Part shown: in pieces, positions 11,530 through 24,800 of the stretch
Numbering within the stretch: the first letter of the stretch is position 1
Layout of the letters: each line of letters begins with the position of its first letter
Assembly: GCA_051453625.1 (NCBI GenBank)
Contig: JBOZIK010000001.1
Coordinates: 45,360,099-45,423,378 of the forward strand
Length of the DNA stretch: 63,280 bases
Reading direction: 5' to 3'
Source of the DNA: Welwitschia mirabilis
Lineage: Eukaryota
The notes under the pieces: model-generated
Databases searched by the model: none
What the model was told of the DNA's origin: nothing
Seen by the model: the letters and a program-made list of their open reading frames with translations, nothing else
Position numbers and translations under genes: made by a program

Positions 11530-11980
11530 CTTATGATATTCTTCAAAGGGATAAGACTAATCCTAAGTGCCTTGAGGAATCCTTTTATGTAAGAACTTCA
11601 ATAAAAATAATGGCAGGTTCACCTGATACCCTTAGTTAAGAGCTTTGAGAAAAGCAAAATGGATACCTGAAAGTTTGGAGTAATTCCCTAATTGAATAAA
11701 GTAATGGTCCACGAGCTCTGCACCTAATCCCCAGGGGGCGGTAGCACCTTTCTACTAATGTATCCACTTGGCAATTTAGGAACCCCACCGAGGAAGAAGT
11801 GGAGTGCTTCATGTTGCCCTCTACTTCCAAACAGAATCTGTTCTCCTTCTGTAGGGATCTGTAGCAGCCTGGAGAAAGAGTTTTCAGTGATTTTTATAGG
11901 AATTCTTCTGAACGTGGTATGTCTTCCTCTCCATCCTCTGTAAAAGGGGGTAATATCAGCCCCCTGGTCTTCTCTAAGCT
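11530..11980 (-). pseudogene. 'Putative plant transposon protein' (PF20167/Transposase_32-like) domain within the LINE ORF2 extension
   Basis: Manual translation with two 1-nt slips: ITPFYRGWRGRHTTFRRIPIKITENSFSRLLQIPTEGEQILF..GYISRKVLPPP(W)..AELVDHYFIQLGNYSKLSGIHFAFLKALN*GYQVNLPLFLLKFLHKRI..HLGLVLSL. The family call is from memory of motifs. Confidence 0.5.
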
Positions 11981-12149
11981 CATGCAGAAGGGGTTCTTAT
12001 CCCATTACTTATACTTTTTCCCATAGAGTAGGGCATTTTTTGAAGAGGCCTGGGTCAGAAGGCTTAATTATTGATGTGGATTCCATCACGACTCTGATTT
12101 GGAAATGAAGGTACTTGATCCTCCTTACTATATTTATAGGAAAGGATAG

Positions 12150-15100
12150 GGGGACGTTATTGAAAATCAGATCATTTTTGATCCTCTAAATTTGCCAAAA
12201 CGTTAATTGAATTCCATCCAATAAATGTATATCAGGGGTGTTGCAGGTTTGGTAGTACTTCTTCATAATGAAGATTAATTCTTTGATCTGAAAGCAATGA
12301 TGAAATAGATGCTGCACTATTTCTAGATTTAATTAGCAGATGGGACAGTTTGTATCCAATTGGAATCCCCTCTTAAGAAATTCGTCTCTAGTTAAGATTA
12401 TTTGATAGTATTTTAACCAATAAAAGACCTTAATTTTTTTCCAAAATCTATTCCTTCTAATACTTCTTATATGTGTCCTCTTTCCCATATTTCTTTAGAG
12501 GGATCTACTTGGTTGAATCAAACTAATAGATATTTAAGTCAATGAGTTGTTACCAAGCTTTCTGAGTTATTTTCTTAAGTAGAACTCCCCATGATCAAGG
12601 GTCTAATCTTTAGATTTGTAATTGATCAAATCACACTAGGGCTGACCTCCTTCTTGTAGTTTCTTTAAAATTCTATATGCTCTAGTGAGGATGCAATCTT
12701 TTAGTTTTTGAATTCCCCAATCCCCTGATTCTCTTGGATAGGTAATACTCTTCCATTTACAGAGATAAATTCAGTGATGATTCTTTCCTCTTGATTAAAC
12801 ACATTCCTTTAAGATCATGTTGATTTTTTAGATCATATTTCTTGAGGGGGCCATAACAGAAAATATGTACTAGAAAGAGGAAATTAAGTAAGAATTTGTG
12901 AGAATGATTTTAGCTTTGGATTAGAGAAAGTTATTTTACCATGAATTGCATTGACTTTAGATGGATTCCAAGATGTAATTCCAGATATTAATCTTGTGCC
13001 AATTTCGAAGAGGAATACCTAGGTATATATATCTTAGAGGTATCCTAATTTTGCACTCAGGATTCAAGCGATTTCATCCCCTCTGATACTTTTTCTATTC
13101 AAAGTGTGGATTCTTGATTTATTCTAGTTGGTATGAAGCCCTGTTGACGCTACAAAGNNNNNNNNNNNNNNNNNNNNNNNNNNNNNNNNNNNNNNNNNNN
13201 NNNNNNNNNNNNNNNNNNNNNNNNNNNNNNNNNNNNNNNNNNNNNNNNNNNNNNNNNNNNNNNNNNNNNNNNNNNNNNNNNNNNNNNNNNNNNNNNNNNN
13301 NNNNNNNNNNNNNNNNNNNNNNNNNNNNNNNNNNNNNNNNNNNNNNNNNNNNNNNNNNNNNNNNNNNNNNNNNNNNNNNNNNNNNNNNNNNNNNNNNNNN
13401 NNNNNNNNNNNNNNNNNNNNNNNNNNNNNNNNNNNNNNNNNNNNNNNNNNNNNNNNNNNNNNNNNNNNNNNNNNNNNNNNNNNNNNNNNNNNNNNNNNNN
13501 NNNNNNNNNNNNNNNNNNNNNNNNNNNNNNNNNNNNNNNNNNNNNNNNNNNNNNNNNNNNNNNNNNNNNNNNNNNNNNNNNNNNNNNNNNNNNNNNNNNN
13601 NNNNNNNNNNNNNNNNNNNNNNNGTTGAGAAAGGTTTGACCTCTAATTCTAATTCCTGTAACTCCATTCCTTCTTAGGAAAACTTGTAACATATTCATCA
13701 CAAAAATGAAAAGGTATGGGGATAGGGTGTCCTCTTGTTTCAATCCTCTACCTACTGAAAGGAAATTTGATTTATGGTTATTAATCTCCACACTAAATTT
13801 TGCTAAAGCCTGTATGTCTAGCCAAAGATTAATAATATCTTAAGAAAAACTTATTTACCTAAGGATACATCCTAATGCTTATCAACTAACTGAGTTATAA
13901 CCTTTAGTGATATCCAATTTAGCAATAAGAAGAGGAAATTTGTATTTTTTAATAAAGTGAATAATCTCATGAGTCAAGAGGATTTGGTCTTGGATATACC
14001 TGGATCGGATGAAGCCAACTTGGTTCTTTGAAATCACATTAGGAAGTAGGGGGTGATACAGCCAACCATGATTTTCGCAAAAATTCTATAAGTAATATTA
14101 CAAACACCTAGAGGCTTGAAATTCTATGGTTTACTAGCATTCCTATTTTTTTAGGTATAAGTACCACTCTATTTCTGTTTATTTCCTTAGGAATCTGCCT
14201 ATTATGGAAGAATTTTTGCATCACATCATTAAGGTTATCCCCTAAAATGGAGAAGTGGGATTTAAAAAGTTCAATTAGCCATTCATTAGGGATAGGAACT
14301 CGGTTATTCTTCGTGGATCTAATAGTAGATAAGACCTCCTCTCTACTTAGAGCTTTAATCAACATAGAATTATCTTCAGTTGAGATTTTCTTATTTTCTG
14401 GAATAAGGCCAGGAGCGATATCGTCCCATTTCTAGATTCTCTTAAGATGGACCTACAATTCCTTAGCTATATGCTTTTAATTTTTTATGGTTTAAGGTCA
14501 AATGGATAATCTTCTGATCTTGTTATCTAATCTATGCTGGTTGGCTTGTTGGAAGAAGAATCTGTATGTTTATCACTCTTTTTTAGCCATTTGATCCTTC
14601 AGTGTTCTCTCTAGTAGTGTTCTTTATCAGCATTTATTTCTTAGAGATCTATTAGGCACTGATATTCTTTGTTTTGTAGACTATCCTAGTTACCTCCTTC
14701 TTCTACTCAGTTTGGATTCTTTTAATTCCCTCCTCAAGCTTGATTTTTGATTTAAACCTCTCTTTATATTTCCTTCTCCAATCTCTAAATTGAGACTTTA
14801 GGGTATTGAGGCTCCTGTATAGAAATGTTATGCATTGAGTCCCATCATACTGTGTCCATATTTTTTTCAATAGCATTCTAGTTTCTATTCAATTAATCTG
14901 ATACTATTCCATATGAAATGGAGTTTGGGTGAAATTGCCTCTACTTTACAAGCTTCAAATGGAAGTTTAGCTAGATCCTTTCCAGCCAGAACTCTGTCAA
15001 TCTTGGATATTATCAGATCTTTACCTGCTCTTCTACTCAACCCTGTATACTTACACCCAGTAATAGGAATGTCTATGAGAAAGTGTCTTACCAAAAAATC

Positions 15101-15561
15101 TTTTAGTATTGAGGAACCTTTGGAATTCTAGCTATCACACCCTAATTTTTCCCAGCGTTGAAGACATTAATTAAAATCACCTAGGATGAGCAATTTAGAT
15201 TTATCTATTACTATCCTCTAAGCTTCTTTTAAGATAGAAGCCTTATCTTGATTATTTTGGGGACTATAAAGATTTGTGCCAGTCCAACCCTCTTTTTTAA
15301 GGAGAATCGTGATGTGGTTCTTGTTACTATGAATTAGATCTACCTCTCTTTTGATAGAGATAGTAAGATCATCAAAGTTTTCTTGAGATGCAATAGTGAA
15401 GAAATTCCATTACTACATAAATTCATTTTTCCCATATCATTTTCGATCTTCATTTCCTATAAGAAAACTAGATCGATCTTCAATTAATTGATCATGTTTT
15501 GTAGGGTCTTTTTCTTATAGGAGGATCCTAATCCCTTGTAATTCTATGTGAGACAATTCAT
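12150..15561 (-). pseudogene. LINE ORF2: APE endonuclease, reverse transcriptase, zf-RVT (decayed)
   Basis: Start MNCLT*NYKGLG at 15561. ILGDF-type and SKIDRVL endonuclease motifs. RT motifs FIRSRYIQDQILLTHE, KLDITKGY and RGLKQEDTLSPYLFIF, then YLGIP. Zinc finger CPIC..EIVQHLFHHC and WQI*RIKNDLIFNN. Confidence 0.9.
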
Positions 15562-16760
15562 TGGGGGGTTTTTTCCATCCTTTTTTGGGTGCTTTACCTT
15601 TCTTTAGGATATCCTTAATGATGGATTGGAAACTATTTGCAATGTTTTCTATTGTTTCTCATTCTCAGAGAATTCTATTGCTAGGCCTTTCCTTTGTTTG
15701 AGTTTCCACTTTATTAGGTTCATCATCATTTAGAGGTTGTTGGGTGTCTTTCTCTTCTACAAGAGGTTGAAAGGAATAATTCTCTAGTTCTTGTACTTTT
15801 TTTGTTGCTATCCTTGATTTCCTTGGAAAAAATAGTAGTACTTTTTTTCGTTTATTTCTTTCTTTGCTTATGTTAGTATGTGTTCTGATTGTAATCAATT
15901 TTCCCACAAAACATATAAGCTTTCTTTAGCTTTTCTTCAATATTAATCAATTGTTTTTTACATCTCTTAGATGACCCAATCTTCCACAATGTAAGCATTT
16001 CTTTTCAAAAGGATCACATCTTCCAGAGAGATATCCTAATTTTTCATGGACTGTGTAAGAAATAGGAAGATTCTTATAAGTGATGTCAAGCTCACAAATA
16101 CCCCATTTAGATCTAAATTTTACAGATTGGATCTCCTTAATATCCTATAAGCTTATCCAAATATAAAATCTAGCTAACACTAGTCTTGTCTGTTTAATAG
16201 TGATCCTGTCGAGTTTGATGAGTTTGTTAAACTGAGTTGTCATTTTCCTTAAACTCCAATGGGAACTTATGGATTCATATCCAAATCGGTATCCTCTTAA
16301 ATAAATTCGGGTCTAATTTCATGCCCAACATCCATTTGGCTAGGGTAAGACCTTGAACCCCAAAAAACTAAGGTCCTCTTGCAATTATTTCACCCTGACA
16401 TCCTTAAAGTTAATTTTTCACTTATCAATGCAAATTTGCTGTCTTAAGTTAAATTGATTTATTGATCTTGAAGAAGTAAAATTTCTTGTCATAAGATTTG
16501 GAGTCATGGGATTTCATCCGTAAATAACCTGAAGTGATGTTTTTCCTTCTACTTCTATAAATGGAATTGTTAAAATTCAATTCAACTTGAGCAATCTTCT
16601 CTTTCTATTGCTTTGGATTCCATTTGCTTAAATACCTGAAAATATTTTCTGCTTTTATTTATTACTTTAGCTTCTTCCTCAATTTGAGGATGGAATGCTA
16701 AAGAAAAAATCAAACTGGCTCCCTTGAGCTTTAAAATACTTCTCCAAAATGAGATATAAA
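15560..16760 (-). pseudogene. LINE ORF1 (DUF4283 + CCHC zinc knuckle)
   Basis: RGP*FFGVQGLTLAKW, IPIWI*IHKFPLEF, KLDRITIKQTRLVLARFYI, YKNLP and KCLHCGRLGH. Confidence 0.8.
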
Positions 16761-16769
16761 TCTAACACA

Positions 16770-17070
16770 ATCGTTAGAAACAACGTTGTTTGACACTTTA
16801 TGGAGCCTTACTACTTTAAAGAATAATCTAGCTACATAAACTTCATCTTCATTCTTACTACATGGTACAAAATGTGATGTCTTAGAAAATCTATAATGAC
16901 TAAAATGGTATAAACCCCTTTCTTAGTTTTAAGAATCTTAAGTATTAAATCCATGCTAATGCCATTCTATGGTTTAAATGGGATAGTCAATAGCTGATGT
17001 ATATCTTATTAATTCTTTTCTTCTTTTTCCCTTTGATATATTAATGAACATAAAGATTTATGCATTCAAG
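16770..17070 (-). pseudogene. Chromovirus integrase core fragment (other half of the relic split by the LINE)
   Basis: IPFKP*NGISMDLILKILKTKKGVYTILVIID..SKTSHFVPCSKNEDEVYVARLFFK.VVRLHKVSNNVVSN matches PWxDISMDF..VVDRFSKMAHFIPC..LFFxEVVRLHG..IVSD. Confidence 0.75.
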
Positions 17071-20000
17071 TTGATGTTTTTATGATTTTTATGATTAATA
17101 CATGTGACTTTCGTATTGATAACTAGATGTTTTTTTAATAAATTTATTATTAGTTAGTAGTATATGCATTATTATGATTTTTGTATGTATAAGATATCAT
17201 TTGGTAAACACATGCTAGAGAAAAACAAATGCCTAAAAGGTAGGAACCACTTTTCTTGATACTGCTACTTCTAAGAAGCCAAAATAGGAACTATGAAGGA
17301 GGAAGTTAGAAGATAAGAATAAAAGAGAAAAGGGAAAGGTAGTAATAGATCTTTGGTAAAACGAAAGAGGATGAAAATCCTAAGCTAAATATTAAAAAGT
17401 GAAGATGCTCCAGTGTATTATAGATGGAGTAGCATGTGTCTTGCAAGCTCCAGTGTAATCTTAAAAGGGGAATACTATCATTGGTACATTCTGTAATAGT
17501 TTTATCTTTTTCATTAAGATAAGATGTAAGCTAAAAGGCTATTTATTTATAATGGTATTACATGTTAAAAAGTACTATAAGTAGTGATACTACTTAAAAA
17601 AGTAGTATTTTTACTTTCTTGCACTTGTATCCAAAGTTGGGTGGATACTTAAGATATAGAAATGCTTAGAAATACGTATTGTTTAGATTTATTCTATTAA
17701 TACTTTTTTAATAATAACTTCACACTATTTCCCTGTATATAACTAGTAAAACACTATACTATTCTAAGAAGTGATTTTGAGAGGTTTTGAAGTCACTAGA
17801 TTTTATAAGGTAGTTACTTTCAATAATCAAAGAAATAAGCTAATAAAAATTTCATAAGTTGTTAATAAGCAAGTTATCAACTTAAAATTTTCAAGTTGAT
17901 CATTTTCAAAAAGTAATCTTATAAACATAATTTGAACCAAGTTAGTTGAGAATTTAATCATCTTATTTAGTTATTTAAGTGAACCTTTATTATTTGTTAA
18001 ATGATATGAGCTTACTTTATGTTAATAGCCACATTGTTTTTTGTATTTTCCATCATAATTTATATTGCTTTGCATTAAGTTTTTTAATAATAAGCTTTCA
18101 TAATTTTTGACTCTTGAACAAGGGCCTTTTTAATGTTTACTAACCAAGATAATGAATCCTATAATTTAGAGAGATAGTCAAGAAAAATGGAGAAATAAGA
18201 AAGAGAGTTTTGTCAAAAGCCCTAAGAAATATAACTTGAAGGAACAAAAAGAGAAGTAGAAGAGAATAGTAAGAAAAGTATCAATACTAAAAGCAGAAGG
18301 TGGTTTGTTTATTTCTAAGCACATTAGTCTATTAGAGGAAGTTGCAAAAAAGGTAACTAATAGTATGATTGAAAAATTTGATAAACTAGATGTACATCAT
18401 TTAAAAAGCAATGAAGGACATATTTGTGAACATTGTAATGAATATGATCAGAATGGAACTGACTACCCTGAGTTGTAAGAAGTTTTTTTGGTGACTAGAT
18501 ATTACTAAGTTAGATCTAAATTTTGGAAACTAATCTCAAACTACATGAAATTGATATCCATATCAAAGTAAGAAATGGTAGAACAAAATAAAAAAATCAT
18601 GTAAAAGTATGTCACCTTTAAGAGATAGCAACAAACAAGGTATTATAAAAATTTAAAAAATAAAGATCATGATAAAAGAAAAGAAACACAAGAAGTCAAG
18701 AAGAAGGTAGGGAAAATTCCTACTCAACTATAAACTAATCCTAGATAATCGAGTAGTAAGGCTATAACTATAAGATCTAGAAAACCCAAATTAATTGATT
18801 AGAAACCTTGGAAGATAATGACAACTCATCACTTTGGTGATAATAATAGCATAAAAACAATCTAAAAATTTAGCCTCTCTAATGGAAAGTGAGTGGCTAA
18901 GCATCCTAAGATTAAAAATGATATTACATATCTAGAAAAATATTCAGTAGAATTACCAATCATAAAACTACTAAATGATGTACCCATTTATTAAAGATAG
19001 ACAAAGAGCCTGTATTTGAAATCTAAAACCTCTAAGAAGAAGAAACAAATTAAAATGGCAAAAATGGACCAAGTCTTTTAGACTTCTATACAAGTTCTTC
19101 AAAATAAACAATATGAAAAATATAGCAAACCTAGATTACTAATGACTATAAAAAGGATTTACAATAAATTTAAATTAAAAGCTCTAGTTGATTTAAGAGC
19201 AAGTCTTAATGTTATGCCATATGAAATGCATGAAGAATTAGAAAATCTAGAATTATCACCCTCTCATGGAAACATATATTTGGTAGATGGTTTTGTAGTA
19301 GTATTTAAAGGAATTCTCAAAGATATATCAATTTGAATCCAAGTGTTTATTTATCTAATGGAAAAGCAAGAAGATACCTATGAAGTCATTTTTAGAAAGA
19401 TAACAGATGATCACCGGAGATGTAACTATTTATTCTAGGAAAGGGGTTATGAAAATTAGTCTAGAAGAATTTAAACAAGTAATTAAATAATTTAAAGCTC
19501 TAGTATTAGAAGATATGATATCTACCATGGAATCTAGGATCAACTTTATCTTAAGTCAAGAAGCTCATATGATTCTAAAATAGCAGAATTGGAAAAAGTA
19601 CAAAGGATAAAGCCTAACACCTTAAGATATCAAAAAGCCAAGTCTTAAGGAAGGATTACAGTATATGGATGTAGCCTCAAATAAACCTATGATTATTAAT
19701 AGTAATTTAACTTATTCTTAGAAAAAGACTCTTTAAAAAAATATTAGTAAAAAGAAAAGAAGCCTTTGCTTAGAATCACATTGATATTAAAAGAATAGAT
19801 CTAGTAAAATATTAGCACAAGATTTATTTGGATACTTCCATTAAATTAAGATGACATCCTAAAGTAAGGTGCAATACACATATGAAGGAAGTAATGAAAA
19901 TAAAAAATTTTCAAAATCTTATGGATTTTCATCTATCTATATTGGACTTAGAGTAAGTAAGTTCTTTTAATAGTGCCAAATAAAGAAAATAAATGGAGAG

Positions 20001-20837
20001 TATGTATAGATTTTTGAATGTTAAAAATAGTAACTTATAAAGATAATTTTCTTCTACCTTTTATAGATCAAGCCTTAGAAAGAATATTTGGGCATTAAAA
20101 TTATCTTTTTTGATACATACAGTGGATATAACTAAGTCTTAATAGCTCTAAAGGATTAAAATAAACTAAGTTTTACATGTTGTTAAACCAATTATGATTA
20201 TAAAGTATTACCATTTGGATTGTGTAATGTTCTCATCACATTTCAAAATTTAGTGAAGAATATGTGTTAAGATATGATAGGAAGATTAGTGGGGATGTTA
20301 ATGGATGATGTTTCAACATTTAGGAATAGTTTTAAGAAATTATTAGAGAGATTAGAAAAGGTTTTAAAGAGATGTAAAGAGAAAAATCTGAAAACTAGTT
20401 GGTCTAAAAGTTATCTCATGGTCAGTGAGGTTCTCGTCCTAGGCACAAAATTTTCCAAAGAGGGATTGAGACTGATGAATGAAAAGTTAGAGCTATATAG
20501 GATATAATATAATTAACAAGGTTTAAAGAATTAAGATCTTTCCTTGAATACATAGAATATCATGGGATATTCATAGCTAATTTTAGTAAAACTACTAAAT
20601 TCCTAGTAATCTTCTACAAAATAATGTTGAATATACTTGAACTGATGAATGTCAAAATGTTTTCTAAACATTAAAAGATAAAATACCAATGGCATCTATA
20701 CTATAAGAGCTTGATTGGATAAGGCCTTTTCATATAATGACTAATGCATCCAACCATGCTATGGGAGTTGTCTTAGAAAAAATATAATGAAAATAAACTT
20801 TATACTATCACTTATGTTAGCAATAATTTTAAGGTTG

Positions 20838-21732
20838 TAAGGACTAAAAAATGAATGTGTATTTATGTTATGTTCTTATACCATCAATGAATAATATGTT
20901 AAAATGTTAGCAAATATTGTGACATCATTATAATATATTATGAGTTGTTATTATAAGCTAACTTTAATGTAGATCAATTAAGTGGAGGTATACTACAAAA
21001 AGGAAAAGTAGTTATTACTACTAGATAGGCGGTGCAAAAGAAGGAACAACAAAATTTCTACCACTATGCTTATAATTAGGAGCATTGGAAGAGGTTGGAG
21101 GATCTTTTTGAAAGTCTTGAAGGAGAGCTAAAAAGCATGTCTCAAGTAAAGAGATCATTGTGGAAAGACTATAAAGTGGCATCTTAGGCTCTAGTGCTTG
21201 TTGTGAAAACACAGGAGAGAGCTAATCAATATATTTTATTGATAAGTAATACAATCTATGTTATTGTAAAAATAATCTTATGTTGCTGAAGTGTGTAATT
21301 TGAAAACTTTTCATGCTATCTATTCTTGCTCTTAATATTGATAGTAGCTAGAGTTAATATCAAGATAGTATGCTAGTTAGGAATAATTGGTGTAGGTAAT
21401 TTGAGTAGATTTTCTTTGTTCTAGTTCTTTCATTTCCCCATATTCTATAAATTGTTATCTATAAGTAGGATTATATCAAAACACCTTTTTACCAAGAATA
21501 GTCATTCTTGGTAAAGTATGTGTCCTGATCAAAAGTCTTTATTTTGAGTCAAAAGTAGAAATAAAAGAAATCTCTATATAAAAATTATTAATGATCAAAG
21601 TTTATGTGTAGATGTAGCAATATAGTTGTATGTTTTTCCAACATGTTGTTAATATAACAGTTTGTTTTTAAGAATTTCATTGAAACTAGTTAACTATTTT
21701 ATAGGATTTTTAGTCAAATTTTAGCCTTGTCA
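20838..21732 (+). repeat. 5' LTR of B
   Basis: Direct match to 40314-41636 and inverted match to 45872-46761. Ends CTTGTCA. Confidence 0.9.
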
Positions 21733-21735
21733 TTT

Positions 21736-21750
21736 TGGTTCTAGAAGGAG
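21736..21750 (+). promoter_or_regulatory. Primer binding site complementary to tRNA-Asn 3' end
   Basis: TGGTTCTAGAAGGAG versus TGGCGCTAGAAGGAG. The D copy reads TGGCATTTGAAGGAGG. Confidence 0.7.
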
Positions 21751-21809
21751 AGCACTTATAGCCTTTTTTCAGAAGAAAAAAAGACGTTTTTGATAAAATA
21801 CAACGATGG

Positions 21810-24800
21810 ATAATGGAGGGATGAAAAGGGATAATATATCCAGAACCCTAAGAAGTACAAATTACATGAAGCAATTAGTGATACAACAATAACTGAATTG
21901 AGCCCTATGATTTGATAGAAGATATGGAAACACTTAAAAGAGGTTAAATAAAGTTACAACATAAGATAGAGCTATTGATATAAAACCAAAGAAAGAAAGA
22001 AAAAGCACAATAACTAAAGGGTTATATTGGGATGAATAAGAAGTAGTCGATTCTACTCCTTTATATATAGACTAGTATATGATTCATATACCTAACCCTA
22101 TAGATCTTATAGTCTTAGAGACCCCTGATAATATAAGAAACATAAATACAACTAATATCCCCACTTTTAAAGGTAGAAAAAATGAAGAACCTATGCTACA
22201 TTTAAATCTATTTGATTCTTTTTGTAACGCTAACTATTTAGAAACTAAATCATATTTCTTGAGACATTTTCCTCTTTTCTTAAAGCAATATACCAAGCTA
22301 TGGTTTCATAAATTTTCAAATTAAACTTTCAAAACCTAGAACTCTATAAGATTAGAATTCTTGAATAAATATCAACCTATTTGAGTCATTGAAGATTTGA
22401 GGGATCAAATTTTAAATGTTAAATGGAAAGAGCATGAGAAATTTGATCAATTCATGGCTAGGTATTAGATTTCATTAGCAAGATATCCAAATCATGGGAT
22501 AACCTTTAGATAACAAATGAGAGCCTTATTAAGAGGTCTTCAAAGTGATTCTTTGGATAAGTAAGATATTCTTCATCTAGGAAACACTAGAAATGGTAGA
22601 ACCTAAGAAATTAAAACCAATATAGATAAATTATATAGAATGAATTAAGGATGGTCTCAAAATGAAGAAAAATAAAATATAAAGGTTAATGAAATTATAG
22701 TGGAAAAAGAAAAAGAGACTAATCATGCAAGTATATTAGAAGAAACTAATAAAAGGATAGAGGCTCTAACAGATGGGATTAATAGATTAAAAGAAGAAGA
22801 AGAATTAGAAACCTGTGAATATTGTACCAAGGAGAATCATCATCCTATAGAATGTCCATGGATGATAGGCTTTGTAGAGTGGCTAGATATTAAAAGAATT
22901 AATTAGAATCCTAATAATGCTTCTTAAATCAAGAAGAAGCCATATTATAACTAGACAAGAAAATGAAAAGGTAAGAAATAAACACTAATGCAAAGATTTA
23001 TGTAATCAAAGAAATACGATTAATTTAGTAATTAGATAAATAAAGAAGGAGAATCTATTACCAACAACAACCAAGTAAAGGAAAAAAACCTAAAGAATAT
23101 TTTTTACCTACACAATGCTTGCCAAATCAAAAAGAAGCTAGTTGTAAAGATATTAGAACTAGATTAGGTAGAAGCCATCTTTCACCTTCTAGGGAAGGTA
23201 AGAAAACCAATGAGAATGAAAGCATCATTAAAAATAGTTTAATAGAAGGAGAGATAGATGACCCTTTACCATTTTCAATGAGGAGTAAGATAACAAAAAA
23301 TTTTCTAAAGAAAGGAGGAAAGGATGTAGAATACCTTATTAGAGCTCTAGAACATACCTCGGTCACCTCATCCTTAGTAAAAATGTTTAAAGACATCCCC
23401 TTATATTGGAAGAAAATGAAGAAATTGTGTAGTAATAAGGGAAGTAAGAAAATGAAGAAGAAAACTAATGATAAATAATCAATAAAAGAGATAACTAAAA
23501 GAATTTAGGTAACTTAGGCCTCTACTCAAGATTTACAAGGAAATAAAATTGAGAAGCACAGTGACCCAAGAATACTAGTAATAGACATAATTGTTGAAAA
23601 TGCCTGCAAAATAGGAGCTTTGGTAGATATATGAACGAGTATTAATCTCATTTCCATGACATATTCAAATAACTTGAAAGTCCTCAATTAACTCCATATA
23701 ATGGACAAGCCTACATGGCAGATGGTTCTACAGTAAAGCTAGAAGAAATAATGGAGAATTACTTAAAACTATAAGGGTTTGAATATCTAGTGAATTTAGT
23801 AGTCATAAAGACAAAAGGTAATACTCATCCTATCATCCTAGGAAGAACTTTAATGGCAATAGCTAACGCAACTATTTATTTCAAAAAAGATGTGATGAAT
23901 ATTAGTCTAAAAGATTTGGTATAACAAATCAAACTATCTAATGAGGTATAAATTAGACATTCCTATACTACCAAAGGGGATAGTGGTAACATGATCCTTA
24001 TTCAGTAAGCTTAATAATTATTAAAAGAACAAGAGGTTGAAATAAGAGACTACTCTTTGACTATTGAACTAGTAGAAAAAGAAGAGGAACTTGAGAAAAC
24101 CACTCTTGAAGAAGGTTTGGAATACATGAAAATTTAAAAATATATATATTTAATTTTCAATGAGAATTTGCCTCATTTTCAAAAGATAAAATTAAAAAGG
24201 ATGTTAGATAAATAGACTAATGCTTTTTCTTGGACCAATGAAGGTATTACTAGGGTAGACCCTATTATCTATCAACATAAAATTAATTTAGACACCATAG
24301 TAAAGCTTGTGAGATAACCAAAAAAGAGATGCAATCCTCATATGTAAGATGTGATCAAAAAGGAAATTTTAAGGCTATTAAAACTAGGATTCATATACCC
24401 TATTTCTAATTCAAAATGGATAAGTCTTGTAATAGTAGTTCCTAAGAAAAATAATAAATGGATAGTGTGCACATATTTTAGGCTATTGAACACTACTACC
24501 TATAAGGATAATTTTCCTTTATCCTTTGTGGATCAAGTTTGAGAAATAATTTTTGGTCATAAATAATACAATTTTTTGAATGGGTACAGTGGGTACAACC
24601 AAGTTTCAAATGCTTTAGAGAACCAAGCAAAAATACTTTTACTTGTAAATGGGGTACTTGTCCCTTTAAAGTTTTACCTTTTGGGTTATATAATGCACTA
24701 GCCACTTTTCAGAGGCTAGTGAATAGTATATTCCATGACATGATAGGAAGGTTAGTTGAGGTTTTTATGGATGACTTCTTCACCTTTAGAAATGATTTTT

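Larger units (their letters stand above)
10539..16765 (-). mobile_element. L1-clade LINE, near full length and degenerate, with extended ORF2; inserted in the chromovirus integrase
   Basis: ORF1 (DUF4283 + zinc knuckle) and ORF2 (EN, RT, zinc finger) motifs, a 3' UTR and a T8 run at 10539-10546 (poly-A on the minus strand). No TSD found. Confidence 0.88.
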
